Shown here piece by piece: positions 38,023-46,994 of a DNA stretch of 53,642 bases. A program made the position numbers and the translations under genes. The notes below the pieces were generated by a model. It did not search any database and was not told where the DNA came from. It saw nothing but the letters and a program-made list of their open reading frames with translations. The stretch is from assembly GCA_024400135.1 (NCBI GenBank), contig JAKSNE010000001.1, positions 1-53,642 of the forward strand, given 5' to 3'. Within the stretch, counting starts at the first letter, position 1; each line of letters begins with the position of its first letter. Origin of the DNA: Paludibacteraceae bacterium (GTDB lineage: Bacteria; Bacteroidota; Bacteroidia; Bacteroidales; Paludibacteraceae).

Positions 38023-38257
38023 ATTTGTTTCTTTACATCTGTGTAATATATCCCTAATATAATTTATTATTAGTGCCGTTAGGCACGGGATGTGAGTTTA
38101 CGAACATTCCCTTTTTAGTTCTTCTTTTTTGGTAGTGAGAGTTTACTCACAACTAGCGAAAAAAAGAAATAAAAAAATAATAAATTATCAATCTATCTGC
38201 GAAATCTGTGGAATCTGTGAGAGATTCAAATCAAAATTTGTGGTTATTGCTTAGTGA

Positions 38258-39310
38258 CTATTGTAAATCTTTTAGGAACAGTGTCCTTGGGTTATTGTAT
38301 AACTTAATAAAATCTTCTTCGGTTTTGAGACCTTTGGCTGCACCGAAATGCTCTTTATGCCAGTTGCGCCAAGGCAGGAAATAGCACACCTCTTTGCCTT
38401 CGGTCAAGGGCAGGAAGACGCGCGTCCACCAGTCGGCCACGGGTGAGTTCTGGATACCGCACTCACTAATAGTAAAGAGCATATTATGCGCTTGCGCATA
38501 AGCATAAAGGAATTCGATATCCGCCTTAGACTGCGTCACGAAGTCATTCTCCGTGCCCCATTGGTAGGTATCGTAGCCAAGAATATCCACGCGTTCTTTT
38601 TCGGGGAAACGAGACTCTAAATACTCGGTCGTGAAGTTACCATCAAGGTTCGGCGAGCAGCACCAAACGATATTCGTCGGCATACGCTCGTTCATATAGT
38701 CTTGGAACATGTTCCACAAAGCGAGCCATTGTTCGTTGGTGCAGTTCTTCCAGCCCCACCAGAACCACGAACCGTTATACTCGTGCCACGGACGAAGGAT
38801 AAACGGAATAGGTTGACCGTTCTCATCCACTAACGTCTCCAAAAACGTTGCCACATCGTTCATCCACTCTACGAAGAGTTCGTGTTGTTCGCCTCCGGGC
38901 AGGATATTGAGTACGGTCGTAGGATCGCTTACGTCCCAAGCATTGCTGCCGGTACGAGGGTTACGCGGGTGCCACGAGAAGGTGATAATACCGCCGTTCT
39001 TAACATGATTGATTGCTTCCTCGCGCATCCAATCAAAGGGTACGCTATCGAGGTTCTTGTCGTGTTTCTCTTCCAGTCCACCAAGGTCAAAGCCCATCAC
39101 GCCCGGATAGTCTCCCACCAGTTCGTAGGTATCCGAGCGACCTTTCTCCCACTGCCACGTCGTACCGTAGAAGGGGTCGTCTTGGTGACCAAACATGATA
39201 CCTTTTTTACTAAGTTCAGTCATGCGCTCTATCAGCGCCTGTGCCGGAGTAGGTGCTTGACTGCAAGCGGTCAAGACCAATCCTAACAAAATGTAAGTTA
39301 CGTTTTTCAT
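38258..39310 (-). CDS. Glycoside hydrolase family 26 endo-beta-1,4-mannanase, lipoprotein
   Basis: The GH26 signature [14 protein letters not shown] is present. I placed the start at [17 protein letters not shown] (ATG 39310), which forms an ATGA overlap with the GH94 stop. The ORF-track N-terminal extension to 39466 lies inside GH94. Confidence 0.85.
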   Translation of the reverse strand: MKNVTYILLGLVLTACSQAPTPAQALIERMTELSKKGIMFGHQDDPFYGTTWQWEKGRSDTYELVGDYPGVMGFDLGGLEEKHDKNLDSVPFDWMREEAINHVKNGGIITFSWHPRNPRTGSNAWDVSDPTTVLNILPGGEQHELFVEWMNDVATFLETLVDENGQPIPFILRPWHEYNGSWFWWGWKNCTNEQWLALWNMFQDYMNERMPTNIVWCCSPNLDGNFTTEYLESRFPEKERVDILGYDTYQWGTENDFVTQSKADIEFLYAYAQAHNMLFTISECGIQNSPVADWWTRVFLPLTEGKEVCYFLPWRNWHKEHFGAAKGLKTEEDFIKLYNNPRTLFLKDLQ

Positions 39311-41844
39311 AATATTATTTCTATGGTTTGTTTGCCGGGTTGATAAGCCACTATTGTCGGCTTGTCCGCTTTCTGCTTGTGGTTCGGATTGCGAACGATA
39401 ATCTCGTATTCCGCCTCGCGCCACTTGCGATACACCGTAAAGCCTTCCATATCCGCCGGTAAGCAAGGATCAATGATGAGTTCATTGAACCCGGGTTGGA
39501 TACCTAAGATATATTGCGATACCGTAAGCCAGTTCCAAGCCGCTGTACCCGTGAGCCAAGAGTTCTTGCCTTCGCCCGGTTTGGCAGCATCCTTACCGGC
39601 TACCATCTGACAATAAACGTAGGGCTCAATCTTGTGCAAGTCTTGGTCTTTTATCCATGCAGGAGCAATCTTCGTATAGTGTTCCCAAGCGTCGTTACCA
39701 CGCCCCGCTTTGGCTTCGCCAATGATTACCCACGGATTATTGTGACAGAAGATACCGGCATTCTCTTTGTAGCCTGCCGGATAGGAAGAGATCTCGCCCA
39801 TCTCCACGTGATAGGTTGTGAAAGCAGGATGGTTGAGCACCATGCCGTGAGGGGTATCGAGATAACGTTTGCAACTGTCGAGGGCTTTATCTACAAGTCC
39901 GTCCTCTTTGCCTATTTCCGCCATTGTGCAGAAGCCTTGCGACTCGATGAAGATCTTGCCTTCCTCGTTCTCGTTGGAGCCAATCTTATTGCCGAAGAAA
40001 TCGTAAGCGCGTAAGTACCACTCGCCGTCCCAGCCGTACTGCTTAACGGCTTCAATCATCTTATCTATCTCCTTCTGCGCTCTTACTGCTTCCACTCTCA
40101 ACTTCTCAACTTGTCCTTTGTCCTTTGTCCTTGCTCTTTGTTCTAATAACGAAACATAGTCTCTCCCGCAGAACACGAACAGACCGGCAATCATCAACGA
40201 TTGGGCCTTACTGCCTTCGGTTTTGTTCTCGGTGGTTTGGAAGCTCTCATTCGGGTCCCAACTGAAGCAGTTGAGATTCAGACAGTCGTTCCAGTCGGCA
40301 CGACCGATCAAGGGTAGATGTTGCGGTCCGAGGTTATTGACTACGTGGTCAAAACTGATACGTAGGTGTTCGAGTAGGGTCACTTCCGTTCCGGGTTGGT
40401 TATCGAAAGGCACCATCTCGTCCAAGATCGAGTAGTCGCCCGTCTCTTTGATATAAGCCACCGTACCAAAGATCAGCCACATCGGGTCGTCATTGAATCC
40501 GCCTCCAATATCGTTGTTTCCGCGTTTGGAGAGCGGTTGGTATTGGTGGTAGCAGCCGCCGTCGGAGAACTGTGTAGAAGCAATATCAATGATTCGTTCG
40601 CGGGCACGCTCGGGTATCTGGTGTACAAATCCGACGAGGTCTTGGTTACTATCGCGGAAGCCCATACCACGACCGATACCACTCTCAAAGAACGAGGCGG
40701 AACGGCTGAAGCAGAACGTGATCATACATTGGTATTGGTTCCAGATGTTCACCATACGGTTGAGGCGTTCGTCCTTACTCTCGACCGTAAACGTACTGAG
40801 CAATCCGTCCCAAAGCGTGCGGAGCTCAGCAAAAGCCTTATCCACCGCTTCCACGGTAGCGAAACGCTCAATAAGCTCGTGAGCGCGCGCCTTATTAACT
40901 AAGGTCACGTCGCTATCTTGAGAACTAATCAGTTCGCCTTTGCGTTTACGCTCGATATCGGCAGCACAGAACTTGTTATCTTGCTCGTTCTCTACATATC
41001 CGAGCAGGAAGATAAGGTCTTGGCTCTCGCCGGGTTGAAGAGTCAGTTCCACGTAGTGAGACGCAATCGGACTCCAACCATGAGCCACGGACATAGACGG
41101 CTTGCCGTTCATCACGCATTGCGGATTGCTAAAGTCGTTGTATAAACCGATAAACGACTCGCGGTCGGTATCGAACCCCTCCGCCTTGCGGTTGGCAAGC
41201 GCATAGAAAGCGTAGTGATTCCGCCTCTCCTTATATTCGGTCTTATGGTATATACTAGTGAACCCTACTCCTCTACCCTCTACTCCCCTACTCCCATTTT
41301 CAACTTCAATCTCCCCCGTGGACCAGTTGCGTTGGAAGTTCTCCATATCCGTCGAGGCATTCCAAAGGCACCATTCGGCAAAGCTAAAGATCTTCAGATT
41401 CTTGACTTGCGAATCGTGATTGGTGAGGGTCAGTTTATGCACTTCTGCCCACGTATGCAAGGGTACAAAAGTGAGCAAGGAAGCCTCTACCCCATTCTTC
41501 GTTCCCGTGATGCGGGTATAGTTCAAGCCGTGGCGGCACTCATAACTATCGAGCGGGGTCTTACATGGTTTCCATCCGGGATTCCAAACCATGTCGCCAT
41601 CCTTGATATAGAAATATCGACCGCCGGCATCCATCGGCACGCCGTTATAACGATAGCGGGTGATACGGCGGAACTTAGCGTCCTTACAGAAGGTGTAACC
41701 ACCGGCTGTATTGGATATCAGTCCGAAGAAATCTTCGTTACCAAGGTAGTTTATCCACGGGAAAGGGGTTGCAGGATTAGTTATCACATACTCCCTGTTC
41801 TTATCATCAAAAAAACCATATTCTTTCATATCAAAAACTTTCAA
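39307..41844 (-). CDS. Glycoside hydrolase family 94 phosphorylase (cellobiose phosphorylase-like)
   Basis: N-terminus [62 protein letters not shown] closely resembles known cellobiose phosphorylases. 845 aa. Confidence 0.9.
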   Translation of the reverse strand: MKVFDMKEYGFFDDKNREYVITNPATPFPWINYLGNEDFFGLISNTAGGYTFCKDAKFRRITRYRYNGVPMDAGGRYFYIKDGDMVWNPGWKPCKTPLDSYECRHGLNYTRITGTKNGVEASLLTFVPLHTWAEVHKLTLTNHDSQVKNLKIFSFAEWCLWNASTDMENFQRNWSTGEIEVENGSRGVEGRGVGFTSIYHKTEYKERRNHYAFYALANRKAEGFDTDRESFIGLYNDFSNPQCVMNGKPSMSVAHGWSPIASHYVELTLQPGESQDLIFLLGYVENEQDNKFCAADIERKRKGELISSQDSDVTLVNKARAHELIERFATVEAVDKAFAELRTLWDGLLSTFTVESKDERLNRMVNIWNQYQCMITFCFSRSASFFESGIGRGMGFRDSNQDLVGFVHQIPERARERIIDIASTQFSDGGCYHQYQPLSKRGNNDIGGGFNDDPMWLIFGTVAYIKETGDYSILDEMVPFDNQPGTEVTLLEHLRISFDHVVNNLGPQHLPLIGRADWNDCLNLNCFSWDPNESFQTTENKTEGSKAQSLMIAGLFVFCGRDYVSLLEQRARTKDKGQVEKLRVEAVRAQKEIDKMIEAVKQYGWDGEWYLRAYDFFGNKIGSNENEEGKIFIESQGFCTMAEIGKEDGLVDKALDSCKRYLDTPHGMVLNHPAFTTYHVEMGEISSYPAGYKENAGIFCHNNPWVIIGEAKAGRGNDAWEHYTKIAPAWIKDQDLHKIEPYVYCQMVAGKDAAKPGEGKNSWLTGTAAWNWLTVSQYILGIQPGFNELIIDPCLPADMEGFTVYRKWREAEYEIIVRNPNHKQKADKPTIVAYQPGKQTIEIIL
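40091..40146. repeat. Composite heptamer array (ACTCTCA units plus TTGTCCT x3) inside GH94
   Basis: tccactctcaacttctcaacttgtcctttgtcctttgtccttgctctttgttc encodes [18 protein letters not shown]. Confidence 0.85.
41263..41295. repeat. CCTCTAC-type heptamer array inside GH94
   Basis: ccctactcctctaccctctactcccctactccc encodes [11 protein letters not shown]. Confidence 0.8.
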
Positions 41845-41896
41845 CTATAAACTATTAAACTAATCGGCTTCTCTAAACTCTAAACTCTAAACTATT
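41838..41896 (+). repeat. Intergenic heptamer array between GH94 and GH5, including 3 pure CTCTAAA units
   Basis: ctttcaactataaactattaaacta...ctctaaactctaaactctaaacta. The pure units are at 41871-41893. Confidence 0.9.
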
Positions 41897-43379
41897 ACTT
41901 CGGTGCTTTATTATAAACAGATTCGAGGGTATAGGTTGGGTCGGTCGAGGTCGCCGCTTTTATCATCAACTTAACGAGGGGCTCGTTATAGAGACTACCA
42001 TCGTTATGGTTAATAAAATAGAAGCGCTCGCCATTGCCATTGTTATTATTATCCCACAACATCACGGGCAGGTTGTGCATATACGCACAGCGGCAGAAGT
42101 ATTCGAAGTAATAATTACGGAATTGCTCACCGCGCGCCGTAGGTTGTACCACGCACCCGTATTCGCCCAAGTAGCAAGGGATATTGTTTGCGATATACTT
42201 GTCGTAGAGTTGTTGGAAGAGGTCATTGAAGTATGCCTCGTCACAGTCTTTATTACTGCTTGTGTGTCCCCATTCGTTTTTCTCTGCTTTCTGAGCAAAT
42301 TGATAAGGATCGTAGTTATGCACACCGACCATAATCTTACTGGCAGGGTCTTTCGGAAGAACCAGCCCCTCCATCGTGAATTTCGGATTAGCGCAGAACC
42401 CCGGAACGCCGATCCAGCGAGTAGCGTTATTACCACCGGTAGCGCGGATAGCATCGACGGCTACTTGGTTCCATTCGTTTTGGAGCGCATAGTAACGAGC
42501 ATTGCTACTTCCCCAACCCCAAGCTTCATTATGCAGCTCATTGAAAGTCTCCATAATCAGATGGTCGCCTGCATAGTTGAAGGCATTGGCAATCTGTGTC
42601 CACGTGATGGTGATACGGTTCGAGATAGAGTCCTTGAGCGAAGCGTTGATGGCCGCACCCACGATATCAATCCAATACTCATCGTGGTGGGTATTGAGGA
42701 TAACGTATAAACCGGCATTGAGTGCCCAATCTACGTTTTGTTTAACCAGTGCCATATAATCGGCATCAATAGCGTAGTTATTCTCTACATCTTGATAATT
42801 ACCCCAAGTCACGGGCATACGAACGGTCGAGGCACCCATCGCTTTGAGGTTTTTATACAGTTGTTCCGTCGGCTTGGCGTTATCCCAGAAATTAGATTTT
42901 TTACCATCCTTTCCGGAAGAAGTGTCAAAGTGATTGCCTAAGTTCCAACCCCAACCCAATTGGCGCAAGAACGAGGCAACAGGAGGCGTAGGTTTCCACG
43001 TCCCGTATGTATAGAAATGCAGCGTATAAGCGGGAGCTATATGATTGGCATCTTTCGAATTGGCAATAGCGCCTTTTTCAATAGATAACGTATAAGCTAC
43101 GCTATCTTGCAATTCAAGAGGAAAGACGAGCTCACGCATCGTGTTTCCACGGGTAGGCACGATAGGTTGTCCATTAAGCGTAATGGACTTGCCTGCCACG
43201 ACTTGTACATTGGCAGAATACGTAAGTACCAGACCGCTCACTTCACTTGCCAAAAGGGTATCCCCCTCTTGGATGGAAGAAACAGACACATTAACATCCT
43301 CTACAATAGAGGGTTCTTCGGGTTTGGGTTTACAAGACAAGAGTGCCAGCCCGATAAAAACGAATAGTAACTTTTTCAT
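41895..43379 (-). CDS. Glycoside hydrolase family 5 endoglucanase with N-terminal Ig-like domain, lipoprotein
   Basis: Lipobox LLSCK. GH5 motifs NLGNHFD, VRMPVTW, METFNELHNE and LGEYG. Confidence 0.85.
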   Translation of the reverse strand: MKKLLFVFIGLALLSCKPKPEEPSIVEDVNVSVSSIQEGDTLLASEVSGLVLTYSANVQVVAGKSITLNGQPIVPTRGNTMRELVFPLELQDSVAYTLSIEKGAIANSKDANHIAPAYTLHFYTYGTWKPTPPVASFLRQLGWGWNLGNHFDTSSGKDGKKSNFWDNAKPTEQLYKNLKAMGASTVRMPVTWGNYQDVENNYAIDADYMALVKQNVDWALNAGLYVILNTHHDEYWIDIVGAAINASLKDSISNRITITWTQIANAFNYAGDHLIMETFNELHNEAWGWGSSNARYYALQNEWNQVAVDAIRATGGNNATRWIGVPGFCANPKFTMEGLVLPKDPASKIMVGVHNYDPYQFAQKAEKNEWGHTSSNKDCDEAYFNDLFQQLYDKYIANNIPCYLGEYGCVVQPTARGEQFRNYYFEYFCRCAYMHNLPVMLWDNNNNGNGERFYFINHNDGSLYNEPLVKLMIKAATSTDPTYTLESVYNKAPK

Positions 43380-43410
43380 ACAATCATTTAATATTATTCA
43401 AATTTGGCTA

Positions 43411-43442
43411 CAAAGTTACAAAAACTTTTGCATATATGCAAA
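43411..43442 (-). promoter_or_regulatory. Bacteroides-type internal PUL promoter (GH5-GH94-GH26... unit)
   Basis: Minus strand reads TTTG (43442-43439), 20 nt, then TAACTTTG (43418-43411). It lies 32 nt upstream of the ATG at 43379. Confidence 0.45.
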
Positions 43443-43597
43443 TATAATGCACTATTGCAAACGTTTAGATAAATTAGTATCATCTACCCATTACGCTTCA
43501 CAGCGTAACGCTACAATGGTGTAATGAAGAATATAATATTGCCAAAACACCCAATTCCCCAGCGATTTTAATCACAGAAATCTCTATCATTCCCCCA

Positions 43598-43629
43598 CAA
43601 AAAACAGGGGAGGTCTTGCGACTTCCCCT
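43598..43629 (-). terminator. Rho-independent terminator after the second SGBP gene
   Basis: Minus-strand hairpin AGGGGAAGTCGCAAGACCTCCCCT (43629-43606) is followed by GTTTTTTG. Confidence 0.6.
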
Positions 43630-43654
43630 GAATTTGTATGGATATTCCGAACAA

Positions 43655-45583
43655 TTATTGAGGATTACTAATAGAAACCTTGGTGCACTTCACGTTGTTG
43701 GCGTTGAGCAGGAAGGCATTACCCCAATTTTGCACGGTGACAAGTTGGTCGTAAATTTCCTGTGTGATTTGCAACGGCAAGATATTATTATGCTCTTCTA
43801 ACTTCCAAAGAACAAATTCTTCAGAGGTATTCTCATCATCGCAATAGAAGACGAAGCACGGTCCCCAGTGACCTTCGGTAATCTTACAAGCATAAAACTC
43901 GTCCGGACGGATCTTCTCGATGGTGAAGTAAACAGTGCTACCTACCGTCATTCCTGCATTCAGCAGTTCAGCTGCTCCATCAGAGAAGAATACGGGTTGG
44001 TTACCCCAGCCATCGGCAATAGCTTCATCTTTCCAGACAATCGTAGGATCGCCATCTCCATGGAACTCGAAGGAAGTGATCGTCACCTCATTTCCGTAGA
44101 ATACCCAACCCGGGTTATCAACGGCCGTGGTGGTGAAGAAGTCAATATCCGCTTGGCTAATCTGGATAGCAACACTCTTATCGCCCTCGCTAAGTCCGAA
44201 TCCGTCAGCAGGAGCATTACCGAGAGCGGTTGCCCAGTCTAACCATTGGCACTTGAGGTTCCAATAACCACCGGCAGGATTTTCGTTGAGCGTGAAGTTG
44301 ATAGTCAACTTACCGGGCTTGGTGATAGTCTTCATAAAGATAGCCTGGATATCAGGATTATTAGGACCTACCTCCATATTGTGATCCCATGTGTTGACAT
44401 TCCATCCGCCCGCAGGAGCGTAGAAGATGTCGTACGAATCCTTGTGCATACTCAACGCAGCAGATTTAACACTGTAATTGGCATTTTGTACCAATACTAC
44501 ACCACCGTCGCCTTGGTCTCTGACAACCTTGAAGGAGATTTGGGTACCATCTGCGCTCAGTTCATATTGTTGTTTCACATACTTGATGTTCTCCAATATT
44601 TCACCGCTCGGCAACTCAATGTACTTAACGCGGTCAAAGCGTTGACCGGTAATAACGATCTCGTCACCCACCTTCAAATCTTCCACCTTCGGACCGATAG
44701 ACTCATACTCTATCATCGGCAGGTTGATGGTGTCGGACTTAACAGATAATCCTGCATACGAATTCAGCGAGATAACACCCGGAACAGCGTCTTCAGGAAT
44801 AACCACTTGAATCTGAGTATTCTCTTGGTTTACTTTGAACTCAACCTCTTTGATACCGAGTACATCCACGCTCTTAACGAGTTGGAAGTATTCACCGGTA
44901 ATGGTGATGGTCTCACCAAAGTCAGATTCGGTAGTACTCAATTCTTTGATGCTGATATTGTGTACCTCCAGCTCTCCTGCTTCGAACTCATCTTCGCCGG
45001 CGAGCAAGGTAACCTTACCGCTAACAGCCTCGATAGGCACAGTTACTTGAACATACTTACGTCCCACTTTCACGAAGTCAGCAGTCTCTATGGTTACACC
45101 ACCGGCGAAAGTAACGGAAGTGATGTTCCACATATACTCACCTTCAATGGTAACAATGTCACCTGCTGTAACAGGAGTCTCGGGTTTAATGCCCTTAATC
45201 TCTACTTGCTCAAGATACGAAACAACGGTAGAAGACCAGATGGTATCTTTATCTGCTACCAACGCGATTTTAGAAGAAATAGCGTTTTCCGGAACCTTGA
45301 TATAGAATTTCTCCTCAGGAGTTTCGGAGGCAATAAAACTGCTTCTCTCAATGGCTAAATAGCCGGGTACATCCTCGTTAGCAACGGGGAAAATAACCTT
45401 GCTTACTCTGTCCATGTGAGCACCTACCACAACGATAGTGTCGCCACGTAAAACGGGGCACGGACCAAAGGCATTGAGACTAACGTCTTTGCCAAATTGG
45501 TTGGTATCCAATCCCTGCTGTTTGCAAGCAGAGAAGGATAGAGCAACAATGGCAATAAATGCTATAATAATATTTCTTTTCAT
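43655..45583 (-). CDS. Surface glycan-binding lipoprotein (multiple IPT/TIG-like Ig domains plus C-terminal binding domain)
   Basis: Lipobox SFSACK. It has repeated ~85-aa beta-rich modules and sits downstream of susD, like SusE/F-type SGBPs. Confidence 0.6.
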   Translation of the reverse strand: MKRNIIIAFIAIVALSFSACKQQGLDTNQFGKDVSLNAFGPCPVLRGDTIVVVGAHMDRVSKVIFPVANEDVPGYLAIERSSFIASETPEEKFYIKVPENAISSKIALVADKDTIWSSTVVSYLEQVEIKGIKPETPVTAGDIVTIEGEYMWNITSVTFAGGVTIETADFVKVGRKYVQVTVPIEAVSGKVTLLAGEDEFEAGELEVHNISIKELSTTESDFGETITITGEYFQLVKSVDVLGIKEVEFKVNQENTQIQVVIPEDAVPGVISLNSYAGLSVKSDTINLPMIEYESIGPKVEDLKVGDEIVITGQRFDRVKYIELPSGEILENIKYVKQQYELSADGTQISFKVVRDQGDGGVVLVQNANYSVKSAALSMHKDSYDIFYAPAGGWNVNTWDHNMEVGPNNPDIQAIFMKTITKPGKLTINFTLNENPAGGYWNLKCQWLDWATALGNAPADGFGLSEGDKSVAIQISQADIDFFTTTAVDNPGWVFYGNEVTITSFEFHGDGDPTIVWKDEAIADGWGNQPVFFSDGAAELLNAGMTVGSTVYFTIEKIRPDEFYACKITEGHWGPCFVFYCDDENTSEEFVLWKLEEHNNILPLQITQEIYDQLVTVQNWGNAFLLNANNVKCTKVSISNPQ

Positions 45584-45608
45584 AACATATAGTCTTTATA
45601 GTTAAACA

Positions 45609-46976
45609 TTATAAGTTAGGAACAACACGGAAGTTATCCATCAAGAACACCGGCTTACAAGCGGTACCCATAGCGCCACCATTCCAAGGCCAGATGATAA
45701 AGCTGTCAAAGCTTTCCTCACTGATCTTAACGGAACCCTTCGTACCATCGGCATTGTAGATAAAGTCACTGATAGGTATCGTAACGGTAATCCACTCATC
45801 GTTGGTATCGAACGAACCGGTAGCCTGCCAAGGAATCCACAAGCCACGGCAGAGGTCCAGACCGCCTTCTTCAGCAGAGGTATGGATATATTTATTGTTC
45901 TGCCAAGAATCGTTAGCGCATTGCTGGTTGTTTACAAACAGGATTTGCATTGCAGCAGCAGACCAAGGATTGTTCTTCGGAATGCAGATTTCGAACTTGA
46001 AGGACATAGAGGAAGGATCAGCATAGTAACCTTTCTCTTGTGTGTTACGCAATGGAACACCTACTTCTTCTTTGGTAATAGACATAGGATCACCATTCCA
46101 GTTACCGCACCAGAAAGGCAGCTTGAAGTTCTCTGCCCATGCGTCACCGGTCAACTCAGATGCGCCATCGCCCATAATAACGAAGCGACCAGAAACGCCC
46201 GGGATACCCTCAAACTCTGTTGCATATTGAGCGGAGATGTTCCAACCTTGCGGTTTAACACCACTTTCCGAGCACAAGAATTGACCACCATCTTCAGCAC
46301 CATCAAAGTCGGTAATGATACCGCGGGTATCCTTGTACACGAAACGAGACAAGCTTTCACCAAAGACGGTGTGAACCATGATACGGCCTGCAGGAGCACC
46401 TTCAGGAACGATGAATTGGATCTCGTTATCCGTTACGCTCTTAACCTCTGCAGGAAGCGGAGCTGTGCTACCCTCACCCATAAAGGAAACGGTCAAAGGA
46501 TCATTAGCATTGTTCTCGAAATACAAACCGGTGATAATAGCCAACGAACCGGGAGCTGCATACTCGTTCTTCATAGCACTTACTTGAGGACCGGGTACAA
46601 CTACATGGAAAGGATATGTAACTTTCGCATCACTCTTGGTTATCATAATAATCTGATCCGTTATGTTCTTTGGAATAGCATTCGGAATGGTTACCAGCAT
46701 CGTGTTAGAGGTGATATAACTGGTATTGAGGACCGCTTTCTTATCGTTGAAATACAACTCCTTAATACTTGTTAAGTTCTCACCAACAATCGTTAATCCG
46801 GAACCCAGACTGGCTTCTGTTAACAGGGAGTCTTTTTGGGTTACGTTTTGCGGACGGATGTACTTAATGGTAGGTACGCCATCCGTAAGCTCAAAAGCGT
46901 TGGGCTGATCCTTGCAGGAAGTAACTGCAAACACCGTCATCACGCTTACTAAAGCAATTATAAGATAATTTTTCAT
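45609..46976 (-). CDS. Surface glycan-binding lipoprotein (IPT/TIG-like N-terminal domains)
   Basis: Lipobox AVTSCKD. It lies immediately downstream of susD and resembles SGBPs in size and composition. Confidence 0.6.
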   Translation of the reverse strand: MKNYLIIALVSVMTVFAVTSCKDQPNAFELTDGVPTIKYIRPQNVTQKDSLLTEASLGSGLTIVGENLTSIKELYFNDKKAVLNTSYITSNTMLVTIPNAIPKNITDQIIMITKSDAKVTYPFHVVVPGPQVSAMKNEYAAPGSLAIITGLYFENNANDPLTVSFMGEGSTAPLPAEVKSVTDNEIQFIVPEGAPAGRIMVHTVFGESLSRFVYKDTRGIITDFDGAEDGGQFLCSESGVKPQGWNISAQYATEFEGIPGVSGRFVIMGDGASELTGDAWAENFKLPFWCGNWNGDPMSITKEEVGVPLRNTQEKGYYADPSSMSFKFEICIPKNNPWSAAAMQILFVNNQQCANDSWQNNKYIHTSAEEGGLDLCRGLWIPWQATGSFDTNDEWITVTIPISDFIYNADGTKGSVKISEESFDSFIIWPWNGGAMGTACKPVFLMDNFRVVPNL

Positions 46977-46994
46977 AATGATATTATTTACAAA

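Larger units (their letters stand above)
37363..38225. mobile_element. 863-bp cassette: GxxExxY gene bracketed by ~90-bp imperfect inverted repeats
   Basis: The outer 14-bp perfect inverted repeat is atctctcacagatt (37363-37376) / aatctgtgagagat (38212-38225). The inner 17-bp inverted repeat is ttgtgagtaaactctca (about 37431-37447) / its complement (about 38136-38152). AT-rich imperfect pairing lies between them. There is no transposase and no clear target-site duplication. Confidence 0.4.

Noticed and set aside
39311-39466. N-terminal 52-codon extension of the GH26 ORF ([12 protein letters not shown]...)
   Set aside because: It lies wholly inside the GH94 coding region in another frame. The internal ATG at 39310 gives a textbook lipoprotein signal peptide and an ATGA overlap with the GH94 stop.
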